Below, one piece after another: positions 1 to 10,433 of a stretch of 64,000 nucleotides of DNA (its first letter is position 1; the number at the start of each line of letters is the position of its first letter). Source of the stretch: Alcanivorax sp. (GTDB lineage: Bacteria > Pseudomonadota > Gammaproteobacteria > Pseudomonadales > Alcanivoracaceae); the NCBI RefSeq assembly GCF_017794965.1, contig NZ_CP051240.1, forward strand, positions 811,002 through 875,001, given 5' to 3'. The notes beneath the pieces are model-generated. The model was not told the DNA's origin and did no database searches. It saw nothing but the letters and a program-made list of their open reading frames with translations. The translations under genes and the position numbers were made by a program.

Positions 1-680
1 GCGACTTCGATCACCATGCGATCCATCAGCTTGGCGACCTTTTCGAAGCCGAGCATTTCGTAGAGGGCGTCATAGAGCGGGCGCAGATAGGGATCGATCT
101 TTTCGGCCAGATCGCCAGGCAGGAAGCCCAGCTTCTCGCCGGCCTCTACCGCCGGGCGAACCAGCAGGATGCGTTGTACCTCTGCCTTTTCCAGTGCGTC
201 CACCGCACAGGCCACCGCCAGCCAGGTCTTGCCGGTACCGGCCGGACCGATACCGAAATTGATATCGTACTTCTGCACGCATTTGACGTAATCGCGCTGG
301 TGAGCCCCGCGGGGTTTGATTTTCACCCGGCGGGTGCGGATCACCACGTCATCGGCGGGGAAAGGCACGGTATTGTCCGCGATATTGCCGGCAGTTTTCT
401 CGGCCACGCTGGATTGTTGCAGGTGCAGATGCACCATTTCCGGGGTCAGCTCTGTGCCGTCGCTGGTCTGGTCATAAAGATCAGAAAGAATGGTGCCGGC
501 GGCTTCCACCAGGTCCGGTTCGCCGGAAAGGTGAAACTGGTTGCCGCGGTTATGGATATCCACATGCAGCCGATGGGCAATCTGCTTGATATGTTCATCC
601 AGATGACCGCACAGGCTGGCCAGGCGACGGGAATCGTTGGGTTCGAGACGGATATGCTGTGAAGCGAGTGGTGTGTCCAA
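1..680 (-). CDS. ybeZ: PhoH-like ATPase (YbeZ family), N-terminal ~226 aa; C-terminus runs off the left window edge
   Basis: Not in the ORF track because it is truncated. My minus-strand translation from TTG at 680 gives [25 protein letters not shown]...[19 protein letters not shown]...[17 protein letters not shown] (Walker A plus PhoH signature). An in-frame stop lies upstream at 780-782. Confidence 0.8.
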   Translation of the reverse strand, partial: MDTPLASQHIRLEPNDSRRLASLCGHLDEHIKQIAHRLHVDIHNRGNQFHLSGEPDLVEAAGTILSDLYDQTSDGTELTPEMVHLHLQQSSVAEKTAGNIADNTVPFPADDVVIRTRRVKIKPRGAHQRDYVKCVQKYDINFGIGPAGTGKTWLAVACAVDALEKAEVQRILLVRPAVEAGEKLGFLPGDLAEKIDPYLRPLYDALYEMLGFEKVAKLMDRMVIEV

Positions 681-977
681 GATGGAAAAGGTGGCCCTGC
701 GGGCTGTTGCAAAGGGTTTCAGAATACTCCGAAGCCAGGCTCCGGGGAAGTGAATTTGCTGTGTCTTAGCGGGGGCACACTACCGGTGGAGATGCCTGCA
801 CTGCAAGGCCTGATGATTGGCTGTCGTACAAGGTGATGCCATCAGGGCTGCCCGCTGTTCACCAGAGCACCACGAATCTTTGCGTTTTGCTACATCCGGG
901 GCGGGGTTGGAAGCGTAACTCCTTGTGCAACAAACCCTTTTTTGTGTTGGTTTCATGCAATGCCCAGGAGCGAGACG

Positions 978-3020
978 ATGAAACGCGAGATGCAGTGGTT
1001 GACGGGATTGACGATGGTAACGGCCTTGACGCTGGCAGGGTGCGGTGGAACGGGCGGTAACAACAGTAACCGGCAGGTGGTGCCAGCCAGTGCCCGTTCG
1101 GCACCGTTACTGGTGATGCACAACGGCGCGGGTAATCAGGGGCAGATAGAGCGCCTGGGGCCGAATCTGCAGGTAGAGGCTACTTTCAACGCCGGGGCCA
1201 ATGAAGGCATCGTGCTGGATCTGCTGGGCAATTTGCACGCCGCCAGCGATATCTCTGCCTCCCCCAGTGCCTTCCAGGTTATCCATCGGGCGTCGCTTCG
1301 TCTGGATGGGGCCATGAGCAATCTGGGGCTGGATCGAAATGTGGCTGCGCCCGGATCTGCCAACCTCAAGGGGATCGCCATTGCGCATCGGGCGGGGCTG
1401 ATCATGGCTGCCAATGTGGGGGGCAACAGCATTGAGATCTTTGGCACTGCGGCAGGGGAAAAGGCCGTGCCGCTGGCATCTACCGCGCTGCCTGGCAATG
1501 CTTGGGATCTGGTTTACAACGAGACGCTGGATCGTGCCTTCCTGGCCATGACCAATGGCACGGTGCTGGTCATCGACAATTATGTGGCGGGTGGTTTTTC
1601 CGCCATGGGCGCACGCACCATCACCCCTGGGGACGGCATGGCCGTGTCCAACCTCCACGGTATCGATTATCGGGCGGGTACAGATACCCTGGTAGTGAGC
1701 GATGTGGGGGATGCCGGCGTGGCCGATGACGGCAAGCTGTACGTGATTTCCAATGCCAGCACGGCATCAGGTGTGGTAACGCCGGACCGAACCATTGCCG
1801 GTCCCTCGACGCTTCTGGGTAATCCGGTGGATCTGATTCTGGAGGGTAGCCGGGCCTTTATCGCCGAAAAGTCCAATGACGCGATTCTGGTGTACAACAA
1901 TATCTTTGCTGGCCCGTCAGGGGATGTGGCGCCGTCCCGGGTAGTGGACACGGTCAAACCGGAATCGTTGGTTCGCGATGCCACGGTGCCCCTGGAGGCC
2001 GATGTGTCTGATATCGACGACAGTGATGTCGCCATTGAAGGTGTACTGGTCACCAGTAACCCCCCGTTGATGGGTGATCCGGATGTGGTGGTACTGAATA
2101 CTGCGCTGACCACCATGACCCGCAGCTTTACGGTGGGTGAATCGTTGGAGAGTGTCAGCGTGAACCAGTTGGGTGATGTGTATCTCTCTGCTGATGATGG
2201 CACCAATACCACCGGGATGCTGGCTGTGATCAACCGTCTTGGCGTGTCCAGGGACGGGGAGGCATTTGCTTTAAGTCGTGACCGAGTGATTGGTGGTACC
2301 AATACCGGGCTGATCAGTCCCAAGGGATTTGATGTGGCTGACGAGCTGGGGCTGGTGCTGGTCACCGACAATGGTGACCCGGCGGTGAAGGTGTTCGGTG
2401 CCCAGGCCGGTGGCAATGTGGCGCCGTTGTATACCACGCCATTGAGTGTGGCTCCCTGGGACCTGGATTACGACCCGGACAGCGACACCCTGTATGTGGC
2501 CCAGGTCGACGGCACGGTGGCGGTGTTTGAGGCGTATAGCAGTAATCGTGGCGCCACTGGCCCCGACCGCATCATTGTGCCCACCGTCGGTGGCATGCCG
2601 GTCACTGCGCCCACCAACCTGCACGGCATTGTCTATGTGTCAGATCGCAACACGTTGATCGTTTCTGATGTGGGCAGTGGTGCCAATCCCACAGATGGCA
2701 AATTGTATGTGATCGAAGGGGCAGACCGTGCCGATGGCAATACGCCGGTGGCGATCAGTATTGATGACGGTGACAACAACGCTGTGGGGAATACGCAACT
2801 GGGTAACCCGGTGGATATTGCCTGGGATGGTTCCAGCCTCTACGTGGCGGAGAAGTCGCAAAAGCAGGTGCTGCGCTTTGATAACCTGCTCGACAGTGCG
2901 GGCGGGGATGTGAGCCCGGATGCCAGCTTTGCACAGAATAATCCGGAATCGGTGGTGCTGTTGCCGGATTATCTGGCCCCGGCGGGCGATGCCGACGGGC
3001 TACTGCAAGGCAACCGGTAA
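978..3020 (+). CDS. Lipoprotein with two tandem ~320-aa beta-propeller-like modules, function unknown
   Basis: ORF 942..3020. I moved the start to ATG 978, which has AGGAG 7 nt upstream. This gives MKREMQWLTGLTMVTALTLAGC (lipobox). An internal duplication shows ...DGKLYVI...LGNPVD...AEKS... twice. Confidence 0.6.
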   Translation: MKREMQWLTGLTMVTALTLAGCGGTGGNNSNRQVVPASARSAPLLVMHNGAGNQGQIERLGPNLQVEATFNAGANEGIVLDLLGNLHAASDISASPSAFQVIHRASLRLDGAMSNLGLDRNVAAPGSANLKGIAIAHRAGLIMAANVGGNSIEIFGTAAGEKAVPLASTALPGNAWDLVYNETLDRAFLAMTNGTVLVIDNYVAGGFSAMGARTITPGDGMAVSNLHGIDYRAGTDTLVVSDVGDAGVADDGKLYVISNASTASGVVTPDRTIAGPSTLLGNPVDLILEGSRAFIAEKSNDAILVYNNIFAGPSGDVAPSRVVDTVKPESLVRDATVPLEADVSDIDDSDVAIEGVLVTSNPPLMGDPDVVVLNTALTTMTRSFTVGESLESVSVNQLGDVYLSADDGTNTTGMLAVINRLGVSRDGEAFALSRDRVIGGTNTGLISPKGFDVADELGLVLVTDNGDPAVKVFGAQAGGNVAPLYTTPLSVAPWDLDYDPDSDTLYVAQVDGTVAVFEAYSSNRGATGPDRIIVPTVGGMPVTAPTNLHGIVYVSDRNTLIVSDVGSGANPTDGKLYVIEGADRADGNTPVAISIDDGDNNAVGNTQLGNPVDIAWDGSSLYVAEKSQKQVLRFDNLLDSAGGDVSPDASFAQNNPESVVLLPDYLAPAGDADGLLQGNR

Positions 3021-3051
3021 CGCACTGTGCCGATTCGGCGCAATCCGGGCG

Positions 3052-4389
3052 TCAGCCCGGGTTGCGCGGATCGGTGCCCAGCAGGGAGTTGCTGTAAGCC
3101 TCGGCAACCGTGATATCCACGAACTTGCCGATCAGGTCAGTCTCGTCACTGCGGAAGTTCACCACCCGGTTGTTTTCGGTGCGCCCCTTGAGCTGGCCGG
3201 GATCCTTCTTGGAAAATCCGTCCACCAGAATACGTTGGGTGCTGCCTACCATCTTGCGTGAGATATCCTGGGCATTCTGATTGATGCGTTGTTGCAGGAT
3301 CGCGAGACGCTGTTTCTTCACGTCCATGGGAACGTCATCCGGCAGGTCCGCCGCCGGGGTGCCGGGACGAGCGCTGTAGATGAAGCTGAAGGACATGTCG
3401 AAGCCGATCTCGTGGATCAGGTCCATGGTGTCTTCAAAATCCCGATCCGTTTCCCCGGGGAAGCCGATGATGAAATCGGAACTGAAGGAAATATCCGGGC
3501 GAATACGCTTGAGCTTGCGCAGCTTGCTCTTGTACTCCAGCACCATGTGGTTGCGTTTCATCATGGCCAGAATGCGGTCGGAACCGGACTGCACCGGCAG
3601 ATGCAGGTGGCTGACCAGTTCCGGTACCTCTTCATACACCTGAATCAGGGCATCGGAAAACTCCACCGGGTGGCTGGTGGTATAGCGAATCCGGTCGATG
3701 CCATCGATATCACGAATCAGCAGGATCAAGTCGGCCAGATCCAGGGTTTCGCCGCTGGCGCCCTTGCCCTGGTAGGCATTCACATTCTGCCCCAGCAGGT
3801 TCACCTCACGTACACCCATTTCCGCCAGATGCTCGATCTCGTCCAGCACCGGCTGTACCGGACGGCTGACTTCCTCACCACGGGTATAGGGCACCACACA
3901 GAAGGTGCAGTACTTGGAACAGCCTTCCATGATGGAGACAAAGGCGGTGGGGCCATCCACGCTGGGTTCCGGGAGATTGTCGAACTTTTCGATCTCGGGG
4001 AAGGTCACATCAATGGCCAGCTCTTTGGTGCTGGCGGCCTGGGTGATCAGACCGGGCAGGCGGTGCAGGGTCTGGGGGCCGAATACCACGTCCACATAGG
4101 GCGCCCGTTCGCGGATGGCATCTCCTTCCTGGCTGGCCACGCAGCCGCCCACCCCGATAATCATGTCGGGGTTGGCGTCCTTGAGCTTTTTCCAGCGTCC
4201 CAGCTGGTGAAAGACCTTTTCCTGGGCTTTTTCCCGAATGGAGCAGGTGTTGAGCAGCAGCACATCCGCTTCATCGGGGTTGTCGGTTTGCTCAAGGCCG
4301 TGGCTGGATTCGAGCAGGTCCACCATGCGGGTGGAATCGTACTCGTTCATCTGGCAGCCATGGGTCTGGATAAACAGCTTGCGTGCCAA
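3052..4389 (-). CDS. miaB: tRNA-2-methylthio-N6-dimethylallyladenosine synthase (radical SAM methylthiotransferase)
   Basis: 445 aa. N-terminal [11 protein letters not shown], radical-SAM [11 protein letters not shown] motif and a C-terminal TRAM-like region. Confidence 0.95.
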   Translation of the reverse strand: MARKLFIQTHGCQMNEYDSTRMVDLLESSHGLEQTDNPDEADVLLLNTCSIREKAQEKVFHQLGRWKKLKDANPDMIIGVGGCVASQEGDAIRERAPYVDVVFGPQTLHRLPGLITQAASTKELAIDVTFPEIEKFDNLPEPSVDGPTAFVSIMEGCSKYCTFCVVPYTRGEEVSRPVQPVLDEIEHLAEMGVREVNLLGQNVNAYQGKGASGETLDLADLILLIRDIDGIDRIRYTTSHPVEFSDALIQVYEEVPELVSHLHLPVQSGSDRILAMMKRNHMVLEYKSKLRKLKRIRPDISFSSDFIIGFPGETDRDFEDTMDLIHEIGFDMSFSFIYSARPGTPAADLPDDVPMDVKKQRLAILQQRINQNAQDISRKMVGSTQRILVDGFSKKDPGQLKGRTENNRVVNFRSDETDLIGKFVDITVAEAYSNSLLGTDPRNPG

Positions 4390-4485
4390 GGGGCACCTCC
4401 ATCAAAAGGCGGCAGGGCCTGATTGGCCTTGCCTAACCGCTGAATCGCGTCAAAATGGGCGCGGATTATACCAACCGGAGCGATC

Positions 4486-5052
4486 ATGCGAAAACTGCCG
4501 TACATCCTGCCGTTGCTGTTGCTGATGGTATTGGCCGGATGCGACAAGCCGGAGAGTGACCTGCCGATCAATACCCGTCTGGGCGGCGCGTTCACTCTGA
4601 CCGATCACAATGGAGAGCCGTTTACCCAACAGGATCTTAAGGGCCAGGTGTCCATTCTGTTCTTTGGCTACACCCATTGTCCGGATATCTGCCCCGCTGT
4701 GCTGGCCCGGGTGGCCCAGGTGTATCGTTCTCTGGAGGAGGCCGGGCAGGCGGAACAGGTGCAGCTGGTATTCGTTACCTTCGATCCGGAGCGGGACACG
4801 GTGGAGCATCTCAAGCAATACCTGCCCTGGTTCAAGGCCGACATAATCGGTCTCACTGGCACCTTGCCCCAGATCCGGCAGGTGGCTGAGCAGTACGGTG
4901 TGGTCTTCATCAAGGGGAAGGAGGCGGAGAATTACCTCTTTACCCACAGTGACTACATCTACCTGCTGGATGAACAGGCTCGGGTGCGCAAACTGTACCC
5001 GGCGGATTTCAGTATTGAAGAGGTGGCAAATGATGCAAAAAGTCTTCTCTAA
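4486..5052 (+). CDS. senC: SCO1/SenC copper chaperone (thioredoxin fold), lipoprotein
   Basis: Lipobox LAGC, CPDIC CxxxC motif and a downstream FTHS histidine. Confidence 0.85.
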   Translation: MRKLPYILPLLLLMVLAGCDKPESDLPINTRLGGAFTLTDHNGEPFTQQDLKGQVSILFFGYTHCPDICPAVLARVAQVYRSLEEAGQAEQVQLVFVTFDPERDTVEHLKQYLPWFKADIIGLTGTLPQIRQVAEQYGVVFIKGKEAENYLFTHSDYIYLLDEQARVRKLYPADFSIEEVANDAKSLL

Positions 5053-5479
5053 AGCGGTCATGATGGGCGTCGCCATGGTGCTGGCGTCGCCGCTGCAGGC
5101 GGACCTGTTGCTGAGTCACGCCTGGTTGCGGGCGGTGCCGCCGGTGTCGCCGTCCATGGCTGGTTATGTGACGGTGACGAATGAGGGTGACGCGCGCGCA
5201 GTGATTACCGGGGCGCATACCGGGATTGCCGGTCATACCATGCTCCATGATATGACCCTGCAAGAGGACGGCACACGGCGTATGCGTCACCTGGGCCAGG
5301 TGGAGGTGCCTGCGGGTGAAAGTGTGTCGTTTGCGCCGGGCGCCCTGCATCTGATGTTGATGCATCTGTCCCGTGTGCCAACGGAGGGAGAAACCGTGGA
5401 GGTGTGTCTGGAGCTGGCCGATGAAGAGCCGGTATGCGGTGACTTCCCGGTCAGCCGAACGTCCCCTTATGACTCTTGA
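5030..5479 (+). CDS. Periplasmic copper chaperone PCu(A)C (DUF461)
   Basis: ORF 4898..5479 trimmed to ATG 5030 (MMQKVFSKAVMMGVAMVLASPLQA signal peptide). Has H/M-rich HTMLHDM and HLMLMH motifs. Overlaps the senC end by 23 nt. Confidence 0.8.
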   Translation: MMQKVFSKAVMMGVAMVLASPLQADLLLSHAWLRAVPPVSPSMAGYVTVTNEGDARAVITGAHTGIAGHTMLHDMTLQEDGTRRMRHLGQVEVPAGESVSFAPGALHLMLMHLSRVPTEGETVEVCLELADEEPVCGDFPVSRTSPYDS

Positions 5480-5561
5480 TGGTGGCGTGTGAACAGGGAT
5501 AATGTCGCCCGTTTGTCGTATTTCAGAATAATGAAAACGACGTATCAAGAATGGGGCGATC

Positions 5562-6827
5562 ATGAAAGGAATGTACTCTGCAGCGTTGCTGGCTGCGCTG
5601 GTGGCCAGTCCGGCCTGGGCTGAACCCGCTGATGCAGACCTTGAGCAAAAGCTGGAAGCGTATGAGCTGCGGCTGCAGCGTATTGAGCAACAGCAGCTGG
5701 ACGGAACGATCAACAAGGAAGAGCGGGTAACCATCAACGGGTTTCTCTCTGCCGGGATGAGTCGAGCCTGGGCCGATACTGAATCGGGGGAAGCCACTTT
5801 TGTCGATGGCTCCGGTGACGAATGGAGCCATGATTCCCTGACCCGTGCGGGCCTGCAGTTCAACGCCAGAATCAATGATCGTGCGCAGGCGGTGCTTCAG
5901 TTGTTTGCGTCCGGTGAAGACGATTTTGATGCGGAGATCCAGTGGGGATATCTGGATTATGCGCTCACCGACAGCGTGAGTGTGAAAGCGGGCAGGATCG
6001 TTGCTCCCTTTTACATGCACTCCCAGTACGTGGATGTGGGCTATGCCTACCCCTGGGTGACCCCCCCGGCCGAGGTCTATCTGCTGGCGCCCATCAAGAC
6101 CATGGAAGGCATGGAACTTGCGTGGTCCTTCGCGACCGGGCCGGTGTTTCATCGCCTGACCGGGTTTTGGGGATCAAGCACCGTGGATGCCGGGGCACGT
6201 GCTGGCGGCGTTGCTTTCCAGGCGGATGACCTGAGTGGCATCAACCTGACCAGTCGCTGGCATGACTGGACACTGCGTGCGGCCTATTCCGGCGCCACGG
6301 TGTCAGTGGCGCAAGACGATCTGGACGGCCTCAGTGGCGGTCTTACGTCCATGTTGGGGCTGAGCTTCGATGAGGTGTACACCTACTTTGGTGGGGTGGG
6401 GCTACAGTACGACGATGGCAGCTGGTTCATGGCCAGTGAAGCCGCGCTGTTGAACTTCGGAAACTGGTATCCCAGTGCACGTAGTGGCTATGTCTCCGTG
6501 GGCAAGTATCTGGGGAAATGGATGCCTTTGCTCACCTGGACAGCCGTCGAGGCTCATGATCTGGACGAGACGTACATGCCTCAACTGGAAGGCACCGGGA
6601 TCAGTCCGCGGGTGTTGCAGGATCAGTTGGCGGAACAACAAAAAGGCTGGACCGCAGGGGTGCGTTACTCGCTCACCGATGCCATCGCCCTGAAAGGCGA
6701 ATACAGCTATTACTACGATTTTTCGGACGACGAGCTTTCGTCCAATGGGTTTTTTACCACCGATGACAGAAGCAGGCTCGATGACGGAGCCTCAGTGGTG
6801 CGTCTGTCAGTCGATTTGGTTTTTTAA
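5562..6827 (+). CDS. Outer-membrane beta-barrel porin with N-terminal coiled-coil
   Basis: Signal peptide ...SPAWA, a coiled-coil segment (EQKLEAYELRLQRIEQQQ), alternating beta-strand pattern and a C-terminal ...VDLVF. Confidence 0.65.
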   Translation: MKGMYSAALLAALVASPAWAEPADADLEQKLEAYELRLQRIEQQQLDGTINKEERVTINGFLSAGMSRAWADTESGEATFVDGSGDEWSHDSLTRAGLQFNARINDRAQAVLQLFASGEDDFDAEIQWGYLDYALTDSVSVKAGRIVAPFYMHSQYVDVGYAYPWVTPPAEVYLLAPIKTMEGMELAWSFATGPVFHRLTGFWGSSTVDAGARAGGVAFQADDLSGINLTSRWHDWTLRAAYSGATVSVAQDDLDGLSGGLTSMLGLSFDEVYTYFGGVGLQYDDGSWFMASEAALLNFGNWYPSARSGYVSVGKYLGKWMPLLTWTAVEAHDLDETYMPQLEGTGISPRVLQDQLAEQQKGWTAGVRYSLTDAIALKGEYSYYYDFSDDELSSNGFFTTDDRSRLDDGASVVRLSVDLVF

Positions 6828-6839
6828 AGGGGAAGAAGG

Positions 6840-7262
6840 GTGAAAAAGGAATTGTTAGCCAGTTTCCTGATGGGAATCGGCCTTGTGTTTGGTAGCGTTG
6901 CCATGGCGGGACCCGTGGTGGTGGTCGGGGCGGATAGCCCGATTAGTGCGCTGACGCAGAGCCAGGTACGTCAGGTGTTCAATGGCCAGTTGCGCCAGAT
7001 TCAGGGAGCGGCCGTCAAGCCACTGGACCTGCCCGGCGGTGACGTTACCCGTAATCTTTTCTACCGGAATGTTACCGGCAAAACAGCGGAACAGATGAAG
7101 AGCTACTGGGCGCGGATGATCTTTACCGGGCGGGGCATGCCGCCAAGGGAAGTGTCCAGCGAGCAAGAAATGGGGCTGCTTGTGGGCAGTGATTCCGCCT
7201 TTGTGGGCTACCTGGAAGAAACCCGGGTGCCGCAAGGACTGAAGGTGGTTTATCGGCCTTAA
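6840..7262 (+). CDS. Small periplasmic PBP-like (PstS-family fragment-like) protein
   Basis: GTG start 12 nt after the porin stop, with a signal peptide. The ...SQVRQVFNG... and YWARMIFTGRG segments resemble phosphate-binding-protein-like domains (from memory). Confidence 0.5.
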   Translation: MKKELLASFLMGIGLVFGSVAMAGPVVVVGADSPISALTQSQVRQVFNGQLRQIQGAAVKPLDLPGGDVTRNLFYRNVTGKTAEQMKSYWARMIFTGRGMPPREVSSEQEMGLLVGSDSAFVGYLEETRVPQGLKVVYRP

Positions 7263-7270
7263 AAAGAGAC

Positions 7271-7312
7271 GTATGACGCAGCACGCATCACGCTTCAGGC
7301 AACACGCATAAG
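7271..7312 (+). repeat. 7-nt periodic array, 6 units (GCANCAC type)
   Basis: gtatgac gcagcac gcatcac gcttcag gcaacac gcataag. Starts 8 nt after the stop at 7260-7262. Confidence 0.8.
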
Positions 7313-7316
7313 CGGG

Positions 7317-7539
7317 GGCGTTTTCTCTTGTGGGAGCTCTCTGTGCTCGTCAGGGTATGCTTGCAAGCGAATACCCCTTGCCGCACCAACATTCGCCTGC
7401 AAGCAGGCTCCCACGCGACAGGCATCTGCGAGCGTCAAAATGCGGCGGATAAACCCTGTTCCCCTAAACAGAGAAACCCGCCGGCTTGCCAGCCTGGCGG
7501 GTTTCGGACTTCGCTAAGTCAAACTGTGGGACAGCAGTG
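7317..7539 (+). repeat. 222-bp REP-containing repeat, copy 1 (direct repeat of 10601..10822)
   Basis: About 93% identical by eye to 10601..10822. Contains the gtgggagc...gctcccac REP-like palindrome and ends in TGTGGGACAGCAGTG. Confidence 0.9.
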
Positions 7540-7661
7540 GGTGGGTATTGTGCTTCGAGATGCGTTTCTGGAATCCCTACCTCGCTTGGGCTCGGATCGC
7601 TCAGACAAGCTGGGCTCCTACATAAAATGCGCGCCTCTGCAGCACTGCTGTCCCACAGTTT
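7521..7661. repeat. 19-bp perfect inverted repeat enclosing a half copy of the long-hairpin element
   Basis: aaactgtgggacagcagtg (7521-7539) versus cactgctgtcccacagttt (7643-7661). Between them, 7551-7621 matches the right arm of the elements at 17051, 28301 and 43291. A further 15-mer copy lies at 7787-7801. Confidence 0.85.
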
Positions 7662-7881
7662 GTATCTGCTTGACTGAGTTCTGCGGGGGCTTGCTTGTAG
7701 GCGAGGACCTGTTCGCAAGGGCGGAATTCGCTTGCAAGCAAGCTCCCACAAAGGAAGGGGCTCCTGTCCCAAAGGGGGGCTGAAAATGTGGGACAGCAGT
7801 GAACTCGCTGCCAGCTTCTTCCTACACACAAATCCGTTATTCCCTCTATTCCCTTTCCTGCGCCAGTCGTAGAATTTTTCC

Positions 7882-8823
7882 ATGCGACTGACTTACGGTT
7901 TTATCATTCTTCTCTTTGTTGGTGCCTGTTCATCGGTATCGGCGGAGTGCCGCAATCTGGCCGAGCCTCGGCCGGTCATGGCGCCGGCAGACGACCACTG
8001 GACCTTGGCCACCCTGAATCTGTGGCGCCTCCGGGATGCTCGCAAGGACTCGGCTCTGGATGAGCCGCTATCGCCTTCACTGCTGGCGCGGCGTCTGGAT
8101 GCCATTGCCGATACCGTGGTCAACGACCTGCAGGCGCCACATCTGCTGGCGGTGCAGGAGGTGGAGAACCTCGCCTTGCTGGAGAGGCTGGCAAACAGGC
8201 TGGGGCAATCCGGTTTTCGTTATCGCGCGGTGTTGCTGGAAGGCAATGATCCGTCAGGCATGGATGTGGGGCTGTTGTATCGTGCGCCCATAGTGCTGAC
8301 ACATTCCCGTGCCCTGTTTGCCACAGAAGCCTTCCAGGGCCATTCCCTTTTTTCGCGTCCGCCGTTGGCGGTTTCCCTGCAATCACCCGTGCAAGCCGAT
8401 CTTGTGGTTGTGCACCTGCGCAGCGCGCGGGATCTCAAATCAGCCCGGGTCTTTGAGAAGCGACACCGTCAGGCTTCCCGTCTTGCTGGCTGGGTGGCCG
8501 AGCAGTCGGGTCCGGTAATCGTCGCAGGGGATTTCAACAGCACCTGGGATGCCGGCCGGTTTTCGGACAGCTACAACCGGTTTGCGTCTGCATCGTTATT
8601 CAATGTCTGGTCTCTTCTGCCGAAGCAGGAACGCTACAGTTACCGCTATCGTTGTCGCCCCCAGGCCCTGGATCATATCTGGCTGTCCCCCGTGTTAAAG
8701 GAGAGAGTGAAAGCGGTGGATGTCAGTCGAGGTAGTGCCGGGCGATACAGCAAACTGTACGGCTCGGATGGAATATCACCAATATCGGATCACGATGGGT
8801 TGGTAGTGTATTTTGATCGATAG
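7882..8823 (+). CDS. Endonuclease/exonuclease/phosphatase (EEP) family lipoprotein
   Basis: Lipobox FVGAC. Has TLNLWRL near the N-terminus, VAGDFNS, and a C-terminal SDHDGLVV motif typical of the EEP fold. Confidence 0.75.
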   Translation: MRLTYGFIILLFVGACSSVSAECRNLAEPRPVMAPADDHWTLATLNLWRLRDARKDSALDEPLSPSLLARRLDAIADTVVNDLQAPHLLAVQEVENLALLERLANRLGQSGFRYRAVLLEGNDPSGMDVGLLYRAPIVLTHSRALFATEAFQGHSLFSRPPLAVSLQSPVQADLVVVHLRSARDLKSARVFEKRHRQASRLAGWVAEQSGPVIVAGDFNSTWDAGRFSDSYNRFASASLFNVWSLLPKQERYSYRYRCRPQALDHIWLSPVLKERVKAVDVSRGSAGRYSKLYGSDGISPISDHDGLVVYFDR

Positions 8824-8825
8824 AT

Positions 8826-8846
8826 GCCAGAAGCCAGAAGCCAGAA
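8826..8846 (+). repeat. 7-nt array (GCCAGAA)x3
   Basis: Starts 2 nt after the stop at 8821-8823. Confidence 0.85.
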
Positions 8847-8909
8847 GTAAAACCAGAGGGCTATATAGAGTGTAGGGGGGAGGTTGAGGTTGTGCTGTTC
8901 GGCCTTTCT

Positions 8910-8944
8910 GCGTCAGGCATCAGGCGTTCGGCATCAGGCTTGAA
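8910..8944 (+). repeat. 7-nt periodic array, 5 units (GCRTCAG type)
   Basis: gcgtcag gcatcag gcgttcg gcatcag gcttgaa. Confidence 0.8.
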
Positions 8945-9043
8945 ATTAAAAAGACGCCGCGGGGTTGCTTGCGTGTTTGCGAGGACCAGGGAGAGCCCCG
9001 CGGCGTTGAAACGTGGGGCGGTCGAAACCGCCCTGTTGTGCCT

Positions 9044-9739
9044 TTAGATATCGAAGGAGTAGCCAACCACGAACAGCGGATCCTGATCGTCGGTTACCGG
9101 TGCAAACTCATCACTGTCTACAACCTTGGAGACGGTGAAGGTCAGGTTTTCAACCGGAGAGTAGCTCAGGTCAACGTGGGTGTAGTTGGAGTCGTCTGCA
9201 TCCAGCTCCCAGGTACCTACAGTCACGCCGAAGGCGTCGTAGGAGTAGCCCAGAGTGAAGTACAGGTCGTCACCGAAGTTTTCTTCATCGGAGTCGCTCA
9301 GATCGTTGGCGCTCACATAACCGGTGAAAGTAAAGCCGGCCATGCCAACGCTGGCAATCAGTTCTGCCAGTTCACCAGCGCCCACATCATCTTCCGGGTA
9401 GACATAAGTCCAGTAGGAGATGTCGTAGCTCAGGCCACCGGCTTCACCACCGAAACCAGCGTAGAAGTCGGTTTCAGTAGAAGTGGTGCCTGCGGCATTT
9501 ACGGAAGTACCTGCAGAGGACACCCAGGAACCGGCGTAAAAGCCCATTTCAGTAGTGAAGTCCAGGCTGCCGGAAACGTTGGCAGTACCAGCAGAGACGT
9601 CCTGACCACGCCACAGGTACATGCTGGCAATGCCCAGGCTACCGCTTACTTCAGCAGCGGCGATGGCGGGGGCCATCACGCTGGCTGCTGCAACAGCAGA
9701 GGCAATAACCGTTTTCTTCAGACCAAATACGTTTTTCAT
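9044..9739 (-). CDS. TorF-like / Gcw_chp family putative outer-membrane porin
   Basis: ORF 9044..9790 trimmed to ATG 9739 (MKNVFGLKKTVIASAVAAASVMAPAIAAAE signal peptide). Has the SMYLWRGQD motif and a C-terminal ...GYSFDI. Confidence 0.7.
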   Translation of the reverse strand: MKNVFGLKKTVIASAVAAASVMAPAIAAAEVSGSLGIASMYLWRGQDVSAGTANVSGSLDFTTEMGFYAGSWVSSAGTSVNAAGTTSTETDFYAGFGGEAGGLSYDISYWTYVYPEDDVGAGELAELIASVGMAGFTFTGYVSANDLSDSDEENFGDDLYFTLGYSYDAFGVTVGTWELDADDSNYTHVDLSYSPVENLTFTVSKVVDSDEFAPVTDDQDPLFVVGYSFDI

Positions 9740-9953
9740 GTGCAACCCTCTTAACAAGTCTAATTTGTTCAATGTGCGCTGGTGGCGCACCGCCTATCAG
9801 GCTCGCAATGTATAATGCAGAGAGTGTGCCAGTTTTTTGATTTGTATAATTATCAACAGGTTATCGTGGGGGAGGGATGGGAAGAGGGAGGTCATGGTTT
9901 CGCAATATTGGATTCGGTGCGCCGCCATGGTGCGGCGCACCGAATTGGTGCCT

Positions 9954-10433
9954 TTATTGTGGGCATTCCCAGTCGATTTGCACTGCATCGGCGCTTTGGC
10001 CGTTGCTGTCGGTCAGTGAGAGGCCACACTGCCCGTTACTGTAATCAAATCGAGCCTGGTAGTGCTCGCCCTCCACCGCCTCGAATTGCAAGGCGATCTT
10101 GCAGCGATCCCGGGACATACCGGCACCTTTCTGTTGATTGTAACTCACGCCAATACGGGCCTGACTGGAGGCCTGAAGGGTGGTCGTGACTTCCACACTC
10201 TTTTTCATGGTTTCCATCAGGTCGTTCAGGGCGTCGCCACCAATGGGTTTCTGGGCGATGGAATATTCCGTGGTCTGGAAGCCTTCGCCGGGAACACAGA
10301 TCGCCGGCTGGGCAGGGATATTGTTGCTGGTGAAAGTGATGTCGGCGATGTCATCACCGTAAGGCGGCTGATAGTTGAAGTGCTGGCAGCCTGACAGCGC
10401 GATGGCGCAGGTGATGAAAGCAAGGCGTTTCAT
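9954..10433 (-). CDS. Lipoprotein, unknown function
   Basis: MKRLAFITCAIALSGC lipobox; 159 aa. A GC hairpin (9915-9941) lies downstream. Confidence 0.6.
   Translation of the reverse strand: MKRLAFITCAIALSGCQHFNYQPPYGDDIADITFTSNNIPAQPAICVPGEGFQTTEYSIAQKPIGGDALNDLMETMKKSVEVTTTLQASSQARIGVSYNQQKGAGMSRDRCKIALQFEAVEGEHYQARFDYSNGQCGLSLTDSNGQSADAVQIDWECPQ

Noticed and set aside
4898-5029. Upstream extension of the PCuAC ORF (start at 4898)
   Set aside because: The extension lies entirely inside the senC coding region in another frame and has an Arg-rich nonsense-like sequence. ATG 5030 gives a proper signal peptide.
7328-7783. Duplicated small ORFs starting MWELSVLVRVCLQAN (also at 10612..10800)
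   Set aside because: They are translations of the 222-bp REP-containing direct repeat. They have no SD and differ after the repeat ends, so the repeat is DNA-level rather than a gene duplication.
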